From: a virus
Lineage: Duplodnaviria > Heunggongvirae > Uroviricota > Caudoviricetes
Virus record (IMG/VR): IMGVR_UViG_2563366895_000001
Coordinates: 1-64,000 of that record
Reading direction: 5' to 3' (one strand)
DNA length: 64,000 nt
Shown: positions 53,426 through 64,000 of the stretch, piece after piece
Layout of the letters: the number at the start of each line of letters is the position of its first letter
How positions within the stretch are numbered: the stretch's first letter is position 1
Position numbers and translations under genes: made by a program
The notes under the pieces: generated by a model
What the model saw: the letters and a program-made list of their open reading frames with translations, nothing else
Told to the model about the DNA's origin: nothing
Database searches by the model: none

Positions 53426-54463
53426 TTAACCTATTGCTACTGGTTTTAACAAACCAGCATCAAGTAGCTTGCGAGTTAACCACTGCTGGCCTTTACCCGT
53501 TAATTGGGGCGTCAGCCGTATCTGGTAGCCATTTTCATCATCCAGCACCACTTCTTTCACCGTGAAATACCCGGCGTTAATGTACTGCTGGCGCGGTACG
53601 TTTTTGCGCGCACCAAAAGCCATGAGAATGCCGTTCTGGCGCAACCATGAGAAAAGGGCGTTTTGCTTAAGTCCAACGACCTTTGCAAAGTTCCCGATCA
53701 GGATTGCATTAGCCGCTGATACCCGGTCGGCAAAATCGACTTTAGGGGCTGCGGCCACCAGCTGTTGTTCCAACTGCATTTTCTGTTCTGCCAACTCGGC
53801 AGCCAGGCGTAGAGCGTCTGGTAATGTTTGGGGGATCGATGGCGCAGGGGAGTTTGCCTGCTGCAATTCTTCCAGTTTGTCGATCAGCGAACGGCGGACT
53901 GCTTTTGACTCGCGCGCGGCGACTCGCAGGGCTTGTTTGAAAGTCATGGTTATGACAAGCATTGATGTTTTGTTCATTTTTTCCACTACACTTTTTGTGT
54001 AGTGCTCACCATCAAGCTCATCGAGTATTTTTTCGATGAATTTGTTGTTCCGAACCTCTGGTTCCCTACATAACTTACGCGCTTCATTGACCATCTTTAA
54101 CAGTGTCAGGCTGTCGATTGTGTCTCCGGTGTTGGGGATGATATTCACGGCTGGTGCTGGCGTAGCTGAAGCAACAGGTGCTGGTTTTTCAACATTCAAA
54201 TTATTACCGGTCATTCTGCGCGCCTCCTTTCTCATTTCTGCTGCCACTGTTGCGTAACGTAGACGTCCTTGTTCAATCAAATAATCCCTGATCTCGGCTA
54301 TCAGTAGCCTGTTGATCACAGCCTTATCTGTTCGGGTATAAAAACGTCTGGTTATCATGAAATAGTTGGCAATTGCGCCGGGGATCTCCCGTGTCGGCAT
54401 ACAGGTTGTATGCAAAGCGATCGCTTTGGCTATTTCATTACGGGTGACGAGAGGTTTTTTCAT
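53426..54463 (-). CDS. ant: Ant antirepressor (immI)
   Basis: 345-aa ORF whose start overlaps the icd stop; KilA-C type C-terminus. Confidence 0.75.
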   Translation of the reverse strand: MKKPLVTRNEIAKAIALHTTCMPTREIPGAIANYFMITRRFYTRTDKAVINRLLIAEIRDYLIEQGRLRYATVAAEMRKEARRMTGNNLNVEKPAPVASATPAPAVNIIPNTGDTIDSLTLLKMVNEARKLCREPEVRNNKFIEKILDELDGEHYTKSVVEKMNKTSMLVITMTFKQALRVAARESKAVRRSLIDKLEELQQANSPAPSIPQTLPDALRLAAELAEQKMQLEQQLVAAAPKVDFADRVSAANAILIGNFAKVVGLKQNALFSWLRQNGILMAFGARKNVPRQQYINAGYFTVKEVVLDDENGYQIRLTPQLTGKGQQWLTRKLLDAGLLKPVAIG

Positions 54464-54681
54464 AAAACCCCCTGAACGTCGGCAGAGAAGGGGAGGTTCC
54501 AGTAACTAAGTGAATTGCGCGAGTTAGTTGAAAAACGGGCAGTAAAAATGCAGGGGCCATCAGGCAATTGAGAGCGTGCTTCGTCTTCTGTTGCTGCGAT
54601 GACGAAGTGATAGTGGTGTTTTTTGCAGGAATAGAAACGCCAGATGAATTCTTGGCGTGCGCAAGGATTGGCATTAACCAT
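54460..54681 (-). CDS. icd: Icd (immI small protein translationally coupled to ant)
   Basis: 73-aa ORF (MVNANPCARQEFIWRFYSCKKHHYHFVIAATEDEARSQLPDGPCIF...), RBS-bearing leader upstream. Confidence 0.65.
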   Translation of the reverse strand: MVNANPCARQEFIWRFYSCKKHHYHFVIAATEDEARSQLPDGPCIFTARFSTNSRNSLSYWNLPFSADVQGVL

Positions 54682-54699
54682 AGTTACGGCCTCACAATC

Positions 54700-54960
54700 A
54701 GGTTTAACAACCTGCTACCCGCTGCTAAACAGGTGGCAGGACGTGACGGGGTTAGCAGACTGGCGATTGTGAAACCAGCAGGCCGAAGCCTCCCCATCCC
54801 GCCCCACCATAATTTGGGCGTAACGCGGTTTTACGGACACAAAAATACCGCAATATCGGATATCTGCGGCTGTCCGCACAATCATTCAGGCTGCTAAACC
54901 CGGTCGCAGAATTTGCTACGACGGCGAAACTATAAGCCTGAACGATTAAAAGGTCAATAT
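54700..54960 (-). ncRNA. c4: c4-type antisense RNA and its target sites in the immI leader (approximate)
   Basis: Between the Op51-type operator and icd; minus strand has GGGTTTAGCAGCC, then complementary GTCTGCTAAC, then a second TTTAGCAG next to the icd RBS. Confidence 0.4.
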
Positions 54961-54994
54961 GATGCGAAAAGATAGCATTCGCGACTTAAAAATA

Positions 54995-55011
54995 CAAATT
55001 TATTAGAGCAG
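54995..55011 (-). promoter_or_regulatory. C1 operator upstream of immI (Op51-type)
   Basis: AAATTTATTAGAGCAga, 15 of 17. Confidence 0.6.
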
Positions 55012-55293
55012 ATTAGTGTCGTGCAATAGATATATTATTTGTGATGAAAAATAATGCAGAGGGATATTGTAACTTTAAGATGGATATCAATAGTCGATAC
55101 ATAAATTAAGTTAGCAATAAACTATTAACTTAAGAAATAATGCAGATGGTGAACTTGTCTCTGACTTTTCAGCTATACACAATAAGTTAGGGATAGCTTA
55201 TAAAAAGTTGATTAATTGATATAAGTCAATGGGAGTATTCTTGTTTACTTTCCGTTCTCGTGGTAACTTCTCGCCGGTTTTTGTTTTTCTGGG

Positions 55294-55815
55294 ATGATTC
55301 TTATGTCTAAAAAGTATACTTTATGCGCTCTTGTTGTATCTGCAATTCTTCTTTCTGGGTGTCAATCTAGCGGTGCTGATTATGCTGCCGATGTTTATGA
55401 TACCGCTCAATTGAATTCGAAGCAGGAAACAAAGACAGTCAATATTATCTCTGTGCTTCCAGCTAAAGTGAAAGTTGATAATAAAGCTAATAAAGAAGCG
55501 GCACAGACATTTGGTGCGGTACTGGGAGCTGTTGCTGGGGGCGTTGCCGGTTATAATGTTAAAGGCACATCGACACTGGGTGCTGTAGCTGGCGGTACTG
55601 GTGGTGCGGCTCTTGGTGCAGCGGCTGGTTCTTTGGTTAGTGATAAAACAATTGTTGAAGGTGTTTCACTGACTTATAAAGAAGGAACTAAGGTGTTCAC
55701 TTCAACTCAAGTTGGTAAAGCATGCCAGTTTACAACGGGGCTTGCTGTGCTTATTTCAACTAAAGATAATGAAACTCGAATTCAGCCAAATGCTACTTGT
55801 CCAGAAAAGAAATAA
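55294..55815 (+). CDS. Lipoprotein with glycine-zipper segment
   Basis: MSKKYTLCALVVSAILLSGC signal/lipobox; GAVLGAVAGGVAGY...GAVAGGTGGAALGAAAGS. Confidence 0.6.
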   Translation: MILMSKKYTLCALVVSAILLSGCQSSGADYAADVYDTAQLNSKQETKTVNIISVLPAKVKVDNKANKEAAQTFGAVLGAVAGGVAGYNVKGTSTLGAVAGGTGGAALGAAAGSLVSDKTIVEGVSLTYKEGTKVFTSTQVGKACQFTTGLAVLISTKDNETRIQPNATCPEKK

Positions 55816-55818
55816 TTT

Positions 55819-56358
55819 ATGAATAAAATTATTTTATTTCTAATCTTTTCTACGTTTAGTGTAGGCACTGCCTTGGCTAACTCGTTGCAAAGTCAAATTG
55901 CTGCTATTGCTCAAGCGGAAAATGAAGGGCGAGCTAAAGAGCAGCAAGCTGAGGATGCCAGAAAAGAACTTATTCGCCAACAAGCACAAGCTGAACGTAT
56001 TAGAAGAGAAAAAGCAGCATCTGCCGCTGCTGCACGCGAAAAACAGCGTGTTGCTGCAGAAAATGAACGTAGAGCGAAACGAGAAGCCGAGCTAGCAAAT
56101 GACAAGAAGCGAGATCAAGCTTATGAGGATGAGCTTCGCAAGCTGCAACTCGAAAGCATGAAACTCGAACTGCAAGCAAAAGCGGCTCGTGTCCAGCGAG
56201 AAAACGATTTTATAGAGCAGGAGTTGAAGGAGAGAGCAGCTAAGACAGATGTAATTCAGTCTGAGGCTGATGCAAATAGAAATATTTCTACAGGAAGTAA
56301 AGATTTACTGCAAAGCGAAGGAAAAGCTAGAGAGAAGAAAGCTAGCAGTTGGTGGTAG
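55819..56358 (+). CDS. Secreted coiled-coil protein with TolA-like Ala/Glu/Lys/Arg-rich repeat
   Basis: Signal peptide MNKIILFLIFSTFSVGTALA; body EQQAEDARKELIRQQAQAERIRREKAASAAAAREKQRVAAENERRAKREAELA. Confidence 0.55.
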   Translation: MNKIILFLIFSTFSVGTALANSLQSQIAAIAQAENEGRAKEQQAEDARKELIRQQAQAERIRREKAASAAAAREKQRVAAENERRAKREAELANDKKRDQAYEDELRKLQLESMKLELQAKAARVQRENDFIEQELKERAAKTDVIQSEADANRNISTGSKDLLQSEGKAREKKASSWW

Positions 56359-56384
56359 TAATCGCTACGATTGCGAGCATACTG

Positions 56385-57005
<621 letters not shown>

Positions 57006-57015
57006 GGGGGCTGAT

Positions 57016-57627
57016 ATGGGGCTTAATGTTGCTTCAGTAAAGTCTTATGTATCTTCGGCATTAACGACGACATTATTTGGCTCCGGCGTTGGTGAGCGGG
57101 AAGTTGGTAAGCTGACGTCAATCATCATGAACAAAATGCTGTTCGCGCAAGGATGGCAGTTCTCTGTCGAAGTTGATGGACTGGAGGGGGCAGACTTCTT
57201 TGCCAAAGATATTACCTACCACGATTACAGCATCGAATATGAAACGATTAAAATCGGCGGAGGGAATATCCTTCAACCAACGGAGCGTTCGCCTGGGCAG
57301 ATAACAATGATGGTCAGGGATACCGTTGATGGCCTCGTTTTGGACTGGTTTAAGACGGCAAAAAGTCGGGTGATTAATCCAGACGGTTCCGGGAATATAC
57401 CGTCTAAATATTTGCTCAATGTGCGTATTTATCGGTTGTTGTCTTCCGGCTTAACCAAACTGGAAAATGAGATGACTGTATTTCCGGTCACTACCGGCGA
57501 TGTCACCTATGCGCGGGATCAGGTTACGGAATTTAAGTCATTCCCAATGACCTTCGCATTGCACAGCACGTTTAACCAATCCTCAAGTTCTTTGGCTTCC
57601 CTTCTGGGCTTTAGCTTTTCTCTTTGA
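57016..57627 (+). CDS. Hypothetical tail-operon protein
   Basis: 203-aa ORF. Confidence 0.45.
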   Translation: MGLNVASVKSYVSSALTTTLFGSGVGEREVGKLTSIIMNKMLFAQGWQFSVEVDGLEGADFFAKDITYHDYSIEYETIKIGGGNILQPTERSPGQITMMVRDTVDGLVLDWFKTAKSRVINPDGSGNIPSKYLLNVRIYRLLSSGLTKLENEMTVFPVTTGDVTYARDQVTEFKSFPMTFALHSTFNQSSSSLASLLGFSFSL

Positions 57628-57641
57628 ATTAAGGAGCAAGG

Positions 57642-58523
57642 ATGCTTTTACCTCTTTTCCCGCTACCATCGCGGCCAACTGAATTGATCCAGTTCCGTCA
57701 GCCAAATATTGCTGATGCGATGCGTTTCAACTCGATAACACCGGAGGAACAAGAACAACAGACAACGGCGTATTTAAAAGCCTTGCTGGCTGAACCCGCG
57801 AAACATGATCCCCTGACATGGACGGCGCAGGACCGGATTACCGCGTTATGGTGGATATTTACCGGCTCCCGTGAAACACCGGTCGAGACATTCACCTACA
57901 CCTGTAAACATTGCGGTAAAGAGCATTATTACGATTGCGATATGAATGCTCTGGCTGAAGATATCCAGGTCCTGGAAGTGGAACCTTTCATTGACGATAT
58001 TGAGGTGCCTGTAGAGGGAGTACCTTATCAATGGCGTATCGTGCCGCTTGATGGTTGGGCAATGGAAATGCTGGAGATGCGCCGTGCAGCATTGCCACCT
58101 GAAGACGACGCGGAATTCAAAGAAGCGATCGTTGATTTGCGTTTTTGGGAATTCGCTTATCAGTGTGAGCTTTATAACGATGTTAGCGGTACTCGTGAAG
58201 ATCAGGCTGAGCGTCGTTATGAAACGATTAAACGGATGGCCATTGATACTGAATTTATGAAGCTGGCGGCACACATCCGACTGGCTCATGAAAAGCTCGA
58301 ACATGGTTTACCGTGCTACATCGATAAAGGTGAAATGCGTCTTCGTCTCCCGCCGCATAAATGCCCAAATCAGGATAAAAAGGAGTCCACAGAGGGTGCG
58401 TATACCCGTCTGTGGGTGCCCTTTCGGGCTACCGACTTCATTCCACAGGTGGGGATTGAAAAGCTATCAGACCTTAGTGTCCAACCTGGTTTTGTATGGG
58501 GGTATACCGATTCAGGACGCTGA
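57642..58523 (+). CDS. Hypothetical tail-operon protein
   Basis: 293-aa ORF preceding sit. Confidence 0.45.
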   Translation: MLLPLFPLPSRPTELIQFRQPNIADAMRFNSITPEEQEQQTTAYLKALLAEPAKHDPLTWTAQDRITALWWIFTGSRETPVETFTYTCKHCGKEHYYDCDMNALAEDIQVLEVEPFIDDIEVPVEGVPYQWRIVPLDGWAMEMLEMRRAALPPEDDAEFKEAIVDLRFWEFAYQCELYNDVSGTREDQAERRYETIKRMAIDTEFMKLAAHIRLAHEKLEHGLPCYIDKGEMRLRLPPHKCPNQDKKESTEGAYTRLWVPFRATDFIPQVGIEKLSDLSVQPGFVWGYTDSGR

Positions 58524-58604
58524 AAGGCTTACTGAATCCTATGCGTTTTTCCTGTTGGAGAAACTGGAAGAAAAACTTAAACCGAAACGGTAGGCGATAA
58601 GATC

Positions 58605-61600
58605 ATGGAAAGAAAAAACGCCAACATTGACGATGTTATAAGGACAGTTGAAACCGCCAGCGCAAAAGAGCTGGAAGAGCTTGCAGGTATCCGGGAAGCT
58701 GTTGAAGATTTGAAAGGGGGACGCGTTGCAACTGTTGATCCTGTCTCTCGCAGTGTGTCGGCATTAAATCGCACAATCGAAAATTCCCGGCCAGACTTTG
58801 TGGCCAATGCGCCATCAGTGGACCCTATTGTTGACGCAATGAAACGGCTTAATTTAGGGGACGTTTCTCGTATACGGGAGGACAAAGTCACTAACCGTGA
58901 ACAGCAGGCTGCACCAACAGCGCACAATCCCCCAAATAGACGAAGAGAGGCAATAACAGAGGATGTTAAAGCACAGCGGTTAGAAACGGTCAAACTCGCT
59001 CGTGATTTGAAAGGGGAACGCGTTGCAACGGTTGACCCAGTATCTCGCAGTGTGTCGGCATTAAATCGAACAATCGAAAATTCCCGGCCAGACTTTGTGG
59101 CCAATGCGCCATCAGTAGCCCCTATTGTTGACGCAATGAAACGGCTTAATTTAGGGGACGTTTCTCGTGTAGTTCAGGAGGGCATTGCTCAACAGGAACA
59201 GCAGGCCAAATCAACTACACCAAAGGGTAAAAAACGACGCAGGAAGGCTATACCAGAGGATATAAAGGCACAACGGACCGAAGCAGCCGAACACGCTCGC
59301 GAAATGCTCGATCAAAAAGGCGGTGCGCAAAAAAGCCAAAACCAACGCGATGCGCGTGGTCGTTTTATTGGAAAGTCAGGGAGTAAGGCCGCAGCGGAAG
59401 ATGCCCGTGCTGAACGTGCTGAAAAGGCCAGGCGCAAAGAGGATGATGAGCGTCTAAATGCTGAATCAGGTTTATTAAAAAAACTGTCAAAAGTAGCTGA
59501 AGGCATAGGTAACCCTTCAGAGACTCGTGCCGTCGATGCGTTAGGTTATGCCGTTGCTGGTCCATTGTGGGCAGCAGGGAAGGAGCTTGGCGGGATATCA
59601 AAAGAAGTTGGTGGATCGCTTAATGGTGCCAGAAAGTCTATTGCCGATGTGATTCGTGGCAATGACGATAACAGCCGTAGAAAAGGTTTTTTTAGGCGTA
59701 AATCGCAAAATAGTGCCGATGTCGTTCAGGTTAACACCCAAAAACGGACGGTTCAGGAACTTCAGGAGCAGACCAGCGAAATTAAAGAGGGCAATGACAA
59801 GATTCTCAGCGCCCTTGATCAGATAGCCAAAAACACCGGGAAAAAGAAGGGCGGCTTGCTGTCCAAACTATTTAGCCTGTTAGGGAAGGGGGCCGGTGGC
59901 GTCGCGTCGTTGTTAATGGGGCGTGGCATGCTGAAAAAAGCTGGAGCACTCGCTTTTGGCGCTCTGGGGGCAAAGAAACTTGTAGGAATGCTACGCGGTG
60001 GTGGCAAGAAGACTCTCGCCCATGAAGGCGGAGATTTGGCTGCCCGGGCAGCAGGTAAACTTGGATTAAAGGCAGTTGGTAAAGGGGCGTTACGCGCAAT
60101 TCCCCTGGTCGGCACAGTGGCTGGAGGTATTTATGATGCGGTAACCGGTTGGAATGATACAGAAGCGCAACGTCGAGCGTTTGGGCTTAAATCAGGACAA
60201 GATCCATCATTCCAGCAAAAAGCCGCTTATACGTTAGCTAATGTTCTTGATATGGGGGGACTGGTATCTGGTATTAACAGCGCCATTGGTGAGGTTCTCA
60301 AATCACTTGGATTTGAGGATATCGGCAATATGTTGCAATCATTTTCGACGGAAAGTATTGCCCAGGCCATTGATAGTGGGATTACCAACTTAGAAACATA
60401 TATTTCTAACCTTGGCGACACGATTTCTACCAAGTTCGATGATTACACAGCAAAGATTGGTGATGCTGTTTCAGCATGGTTTAGCGATACATCTAATAAG
60501 CTGCTTGAAAAGCTGGATGCCATCAAAGACTTCTTTACTGTCGATAACCTGAAACAGGTTTTCAGTGATGCAATTGATAGTGCAATTGATTTCATTAAGA
60601 ACCCAGGGAAACACATTAAAGAGGCGGCTGGTAATATTTGGGATGGGGTTAAAAATTTACCCGGTAAAGCATTAGATGCAGCGGTTGATGCCGTTAAAAA
60701 TACCCCTGCGGCAATGATTGTATCAAAAATACCCAATCCGATCGGCGAGGCTAATGCGAAAGAAATCACTCCAGAGTTAAAAGCTCCGGTTAATAGCCAC
60801 CAGGAGACGTCTAATTCTAAAACTGAATCCGATGCCAAACAGAGTAATATTGCTACCCGCGTGATAAATGCGGCACTGGACACAGCGAAAGATAGCAATA
60901 AAACAGTTAAACAAACTGCCAATCAGATTATCAATGCAAATGCCGTAGAAACGGGCAATAGCGCGTTGCAGAAAATTGATAAAGCTATTGGTCAAAATAG
61001 CTCGTCATCATCCTCGCTTAATACCACTGGCACCAGGAATGACATTCAGAAAGCTGCGGATACCTACAATAATGGCAACTTGGATGTAAAAGTCGGAAGT
61101 CTTGGCGCTGAAGGTAAGGCAAATCTCGATAAGTTGGCTCCGTATTTTGCTGAACTAGAGAATAAATATGGCCTTCCTGAAGGTACTCTTTACGCGATCG
61201 CTGCAACTGAATCTGGTGGTGATCCTAACGCAAAATCTACGCTTACAAGATCACCAAATAGAAAGCTAAGTGGTGGCGCTCTCGGAATGTTCCAGTTTAC
61301 GAGCGTTGCTCGTGAGGAAACTGGATTATCCCGGGAAGATTCTTTTAATCCGGAAAAATCGGCAGAAGCTGCGGCTCTTCTCATGAGCAAGTATCTGAAG
61401 CAAGCCAATGGAGACTTAAACGAGGCCATCACTGCATATAACGCTGGGTTTGGCACTATCAATAAGTGGAAAAAAGGCACAGGTGACTTATCGAAAGAAA
61501 ACCGTGAGTACGCGATCAAGGTCAATACTCATCGTGCTCGCTATTTAGGTGGTGAAATCTATACACCTGGAGCAGGAGCACAGGGTGGGGCGCAATATGG

Positions 61601-62324
61601 AGTGAGGGGACCACTGCCTGATAACGCTGTTATCGATCAGTCTACTGGCCTGGCGTTTACCCCTGGTGATAGCCCGTTTGAGAAAGGCGGTCTGGTAGAC
61701 AAAATCGGCAATGCTGTTGGCGTTAACGATCTGGTCAACAAATTCATGAATGGCCGGGGTATGCGTCGGGAAGTCGTTCAGGGAACGCTCGAAGAACGTG
61801 CACGAGGGAAGGGGACCGCAACAGCAGCTGGCAATGTGTATGTTGATACTCCGATGCCAGTTGAAGAGGCGCGTCCGGTGGCCAGCAACTCAAGTTACTT
61901 TGACCAACTCGGCGCACAAATGGGGATTGATGGACTATTCGATAAACTCCGCAACTCGCCGGGGATGCGGAAAAATAATGCGCCTGAACCAGCCTCCACG
62001 TCCCAGGTGACGACTGCCGCCAACGATTTGCAGCAACCAACCGGTCGTATGCAGATAGACGGGCAGGTTATTAGTGACCTTGGCGGTTCCGGTGCCAAGC
62101 CGACAATGCAGTTGGCTGATAATACCGTTTCACTTGATGGTGAAACGAAGCGGCTGTTTGCGCAGATGACCTCATTGCTTGCCAGGATTGAAGAGCACAC
62201 CAAAGACTCGGCGAAAGGCCAGGGAACTGTCGTAAAGGTCAGCACGCCTCAGCCGGGCGTTATGCGCACGGTACCACTGTCAATTGATGATCCGTTGATG
62301 AATGACTACGCGAGAGTTGATTGA
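58605..62324 (+). CDS. sit: Sit-like tape-measure/injection protein with lytic transglycosylase domain
   Basis: 1239 aa; Gly-rich central segment; SLT signatures ...IAATESGGDPNAKS...GALGMFQF...AYNAGFG; internal duplicated N-terminal segments. Confidence 0.8.
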   Translation: MERKNANIDDVIRTVETASAKELEELAGIREAVEDLKGGRVATVDPVSRSVSALNRTIENSRPDFVANAPSVDPIVDAMKRLNLGDVSRIREDKVTNREQQAAPTAHNPPNRRREAITEDVKAQRLETVKLARDLKGERVATVDPVSRSVSALNRTIENSRPDFVANAPSVAPIVDAMKRLNLGDVSRVVQEGIAQQEQQAKSTTPKGKKRRRKAIPEDIKAQRTEAAEHAREMLDQKGGAQKSQNQRDARGRFIGKSGSKAAAEDARAERAEKARRKEDDERLNAESGLLKKLSKVAEGIGNPSETRAVDALGYAVAGPLWAAGKELGGISKEVGGSLNGARKSIADVIRGNDDNSRRKGFFRRKSQNSADVVQVNTQKRTVQELQEQTSEIKEGNDKILSALDQIAKNTGKKKGGLLSKLFSLLGKGAGGVASLLMGRGMLKKAGALAFGALGAKKLVGMLRGGGKKTLAHEGGDLAARAAGKLGLKAVGKGALRAIPLVGTVAGGIYDAVTGWNDTEAQRRAFGLKSGQDPSFQQKAAYTLANVLDMGGLVSGINSAIGEVLKSLGFEDIGNMLQSFSTESIAQAIDSGITNLETYISNLGDTISTKFDDYTAKIGDAVSAWFSDTSNKLLEKLDAIKDFFTVDNLKQVFSDAIDSAIDFIKNPGKHIKEAAGNIWDGVKNLPGKALDAAVDAVKNTPAAMIVSKIPNPIGEANAKEITPELKAPVNSHQETSNSKTESDAKQSNIATRVINAALDTAKDSNKTVKQTANQIINANAVETGNSALQKIDKAIGQNSSSSSSLNTTGTRNDIQKAADTYNNGNLDVKVGSLGAEGKANLDKLAPYFAELENKYGLPEGTLYAIAATESGGDPNAKSTLTRSPNRKLSGGALGMFQFTSVAREETGLSREDSFNPEKSAEAAALLMSKYLKQANGDLNEAITAYNAGFGTINKWKKGTGDLSKENREYAIKVNTHRARYLGGEIYTPGAGAQGGAQYGVRGPLPDNAVIDQSTGLAFTPGDSPFEKGGLVDKIGNAVGVNDLVNKFMNGRGMRREVVQGTLEERARGKGTATAAGNVYVDTPMPVEEARPVASNSSYFDQLGAQMGIDGLFDKLRNSPGMRKNNAPEPASTSQVTTAANDLQQPTGRMQIDGQVISDLGGSGAKPTMQLADNTVSLDGETKRLFAQMTSLLARIEEHTKDSAKGQGTVVKVSTPQPGVMRTVPLSIDDPLMNDYARVD
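58712..59300 (+). repeat. Two diverged tandem copies (about 295 bp each) inside sit
   Basis: Protein segment RVATVDPVSRSVSALNRTIENSRPDFVANAPSV(D/A)PIVDAMKRLNLGDVSR occurs twice; DNA copies begin near 58712 and 59007. Confidence 0.7.
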
Positions 62325-62680
62325 TGGCCAACAATAACGAAATTGATCCTTTGCTGACGCTGGAGTTATCCGGCGTAAAAACGTATGAGTCCCAGGAGGA
62401 GGCCTGGGGCGCTCGTTTATATGAGTGGCTAAACACTTATCAGGGTGAGGTATACGGAGATCCGTCATGGGGCAATGTTTTACCGCAGTTTAAACACGAA
62501 CCGACCAACTTGTCGCATGTTCAAATTGCGGTTGAGGCAATGCTGTTGCAAAAACTGACGGTAGATTTACCTGACATACCGATTTCTGGCTTGTCAGTAG
62601 CCGAGGGAGATGCTTTTGATAAGTTGAAAATATCCATTCGTATCAGGGATATAACTATCACACAGGACGTGGTGCTATGA
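62321..62680 (+). CDS. Small baseplate protein (gpW/gp25-like position)
   Basis: 119-aa ORF overlapping the sit stop and the next start. Confidence 0.45.
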   Translation: MMANNNEIDPLLTLELSGVKTYESQEEAWGARLYEWLNTYQGEVYGDPSWGNVLPQFKHEPTNLSHVQIAVEAMLLQKLTVDLPDIPISGLSVAEGDAFDKLKISIRIRDITITQDVVL

Positions 62681-64000
62681 GTAAAACAACACCGACTAAA
62701 GACAGTATTCGTGCAGAGTTTGAAGAGCTTGTCGAGAAAGATTCATTCTGGTCGAAGTTTGTCGGCTCTCAATTTGTCTCGATGCTGACATTGTTTATTA
62801 CCCAGATTGTCTACAGGTGCTTTCAGTATGCCGATGCGGCGCTGGCTGAAGGCTTTATATCGACCGCGACGCGGCGTTCCTCTATCCTGGCAGCGGCAGA
62901 AACGAATAGTTACGTTGGTACCAAGCCAACACCGTCATCGGGGATGATTGAGATCACCGCCACAAGTGAAGATGCCCCAGCGGTAATCCCCAAAAACATG
63001 CCTTTAATATCTGACGACCAGTACCCTTACATGACTATGGATGTATGCAGGTTGGTTGACGGCACCGGTACGGTAGAAGTGGCACAGTTGGAAATCCAGG
63101 AGGTGACATATACCGTTACGGCAGCCAAAGAATTTCTGGAAGTCGTGTTATCAAAGGCTCTTACTGCTGTCTGCTATAAGCTGGAAGTATTCGTGACGAC
63201 CGATGGTAAGACCACGCAGTGGTCTTCCAGCACTATGTTCCGGTTAGCCGGTAGTAAAAGCCAGGTCTACGTTGAGTTTTATAAACCATCCGAGCAGTTG
63301 GGGGTTCGATTCGGCGATGGGCTAATTGGGCAAATACCGCCAGAAGGCTCGACCATTACACTTAAGGTATGGTGCACCAACGGAGATATAACCTTGGTTG
63401 CTGGCCAAAATCTGACGCCTGTCGATTCTGCGGCTAATTTAGCTAATTTGATTTCAGTTAAGACAACGACACCTATAACCGCAGGTACCGATGCCGAAAC
63501 AACGGAGATCACACGTAACCGTGCTCAATATTATCTTGCCTATGATGATCAGGTCGTATGGGGCGGGGACTATACGTATTTTCTGGTGCGTAACATCCCG
63601 GGACTGTCCTGGGTAAAGGCATGGGGCGAAGGCCAGCAAGAGAAATTAGATGGTGCTTATAATGTTCAGAATATCAATAAGATATTTATTTCAGGATGGC
63701 ATCCAAACAAAAGCCAGTCAGAGCTTGAAGAAATGATCCTGGCTGCCTTTAAGAAGGTGCCGAATGAGTTGAACAAGAAATTCTCGTATAAAGAGGTCAG
63801 AAAACTACCCTTTAAGATCACCATCACCGGGCGGATATCGGCAAGCCTGACCATTGAGAACGTGACTGATGAGCTGAAGTCGGCACTGGAAACAAAATTT
63901 GGGCGTGACTCAACTTTCTTTGATCCGAACCGTGTCGGCAAGTACATCCTAATCAAGAAAAAAGACGTTTGGGCATTTATCGAAACGCTGGGTTATTTCC
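62677..64000 (+). CDS. Baseplate protein (gpJ/gp6-like position), 3'-truncated by window end
   Basis: Open frame from ATG 62677 (overlapping the preceding TGA) with no stop to position 64000; not in the track because incomplete. Confidence 0.55.
   Translation, partial: MSKTTPTKDSIRAEFEELVEKDSFWSKFVGSQFVSMLTLFITQIVYRCFQYADAALAEGFISTATRRSSILAAAETNSYVGTKPTPSSGMIEITATSEDAPAVIPKNMPLISDDQYPYMTMDVCRLVDGTGTVEVAQLEIQEVTYTVTAAKEFLEVVLSKALTAVCYKLEVFVTTDGKTTQWSSSTMFRLAGSKSQVYVEFYKPSEQLGVRFGDGLIGQIPPEGSTITLKVWCTNGDITLVAGQNLTPVDSAANLANLISVKTTTPITAGTDAETTEITRNRAQYYLAYDDQVVWGGDYTYFLVRNIPGLSWVKAWGEGQQEKLDGAYNVQNINKIFISGWHPNKSQSELEEMILAAFKKVPNELNKKFSYKEVRKLPFKITITGRISASLTIENVTDELKSALETKFGRDSTFFDPNRVGKYILIKKKDVWAFIETLGYF

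Noticed and set aside
58577-59104. 175-aa minus-strand ORF with internal repeats inside sit
   Set aside because: It mirrors the sit tandem duplication on the opposite strand: a shadow ORF.

Overview
This 64-kb window is a large section of a P1-like temperate myovirus phage-plasmid, oriented opposite to the conventional P1 map. All calls are from reading the sequence and translations; no searches or alignments were run, and P1 gene lengths quoted are from memory. Recognised backbone: cre with a perfect loxP site; the coi-c1 immunity switch with about 15 dispersed 17-bp C1 operators (consensus ATTGCTCTAATAAATTT); pacA/pacB with the GATC-rich pac site; phd-doc; the plasmid replicon (oriR, incC iterons, repA, incA iterons); parA-parB-parS; the lytic replicon kilA-repL; immI (c4-icd-ant); the ppp phosphatase cluster; a bifunctional Dmt methyltransferase; an RdgC homologue; capsid, sheath, baseplate and Sit tape-measure genes. 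Unusual or accessory content, most notable first: (1) a 341-aa LAGLIDADG intein interrupting the catalytic PCQ motif of Dmt; (2) a tRNA-Thr(UGU) gene split after the anticodon arm by a 429-bp insert that is almost entirely an HNH endonuclease ORF; (3) a hok/mok/sok type I toxin locus with an IS186-like element inserted in the hok 3' UTR; (4) a second icd/ant-like module next to c1 with its own c4-like antisense element of different sequence specificity; (5) a type IC hsdMSR cassette with a (TAEL)2 slippage repeat; (6) a left-end cargo island with a stand-alone EAL phosphodiesterase. No rRNA genes or CRISPR arrays were seen.
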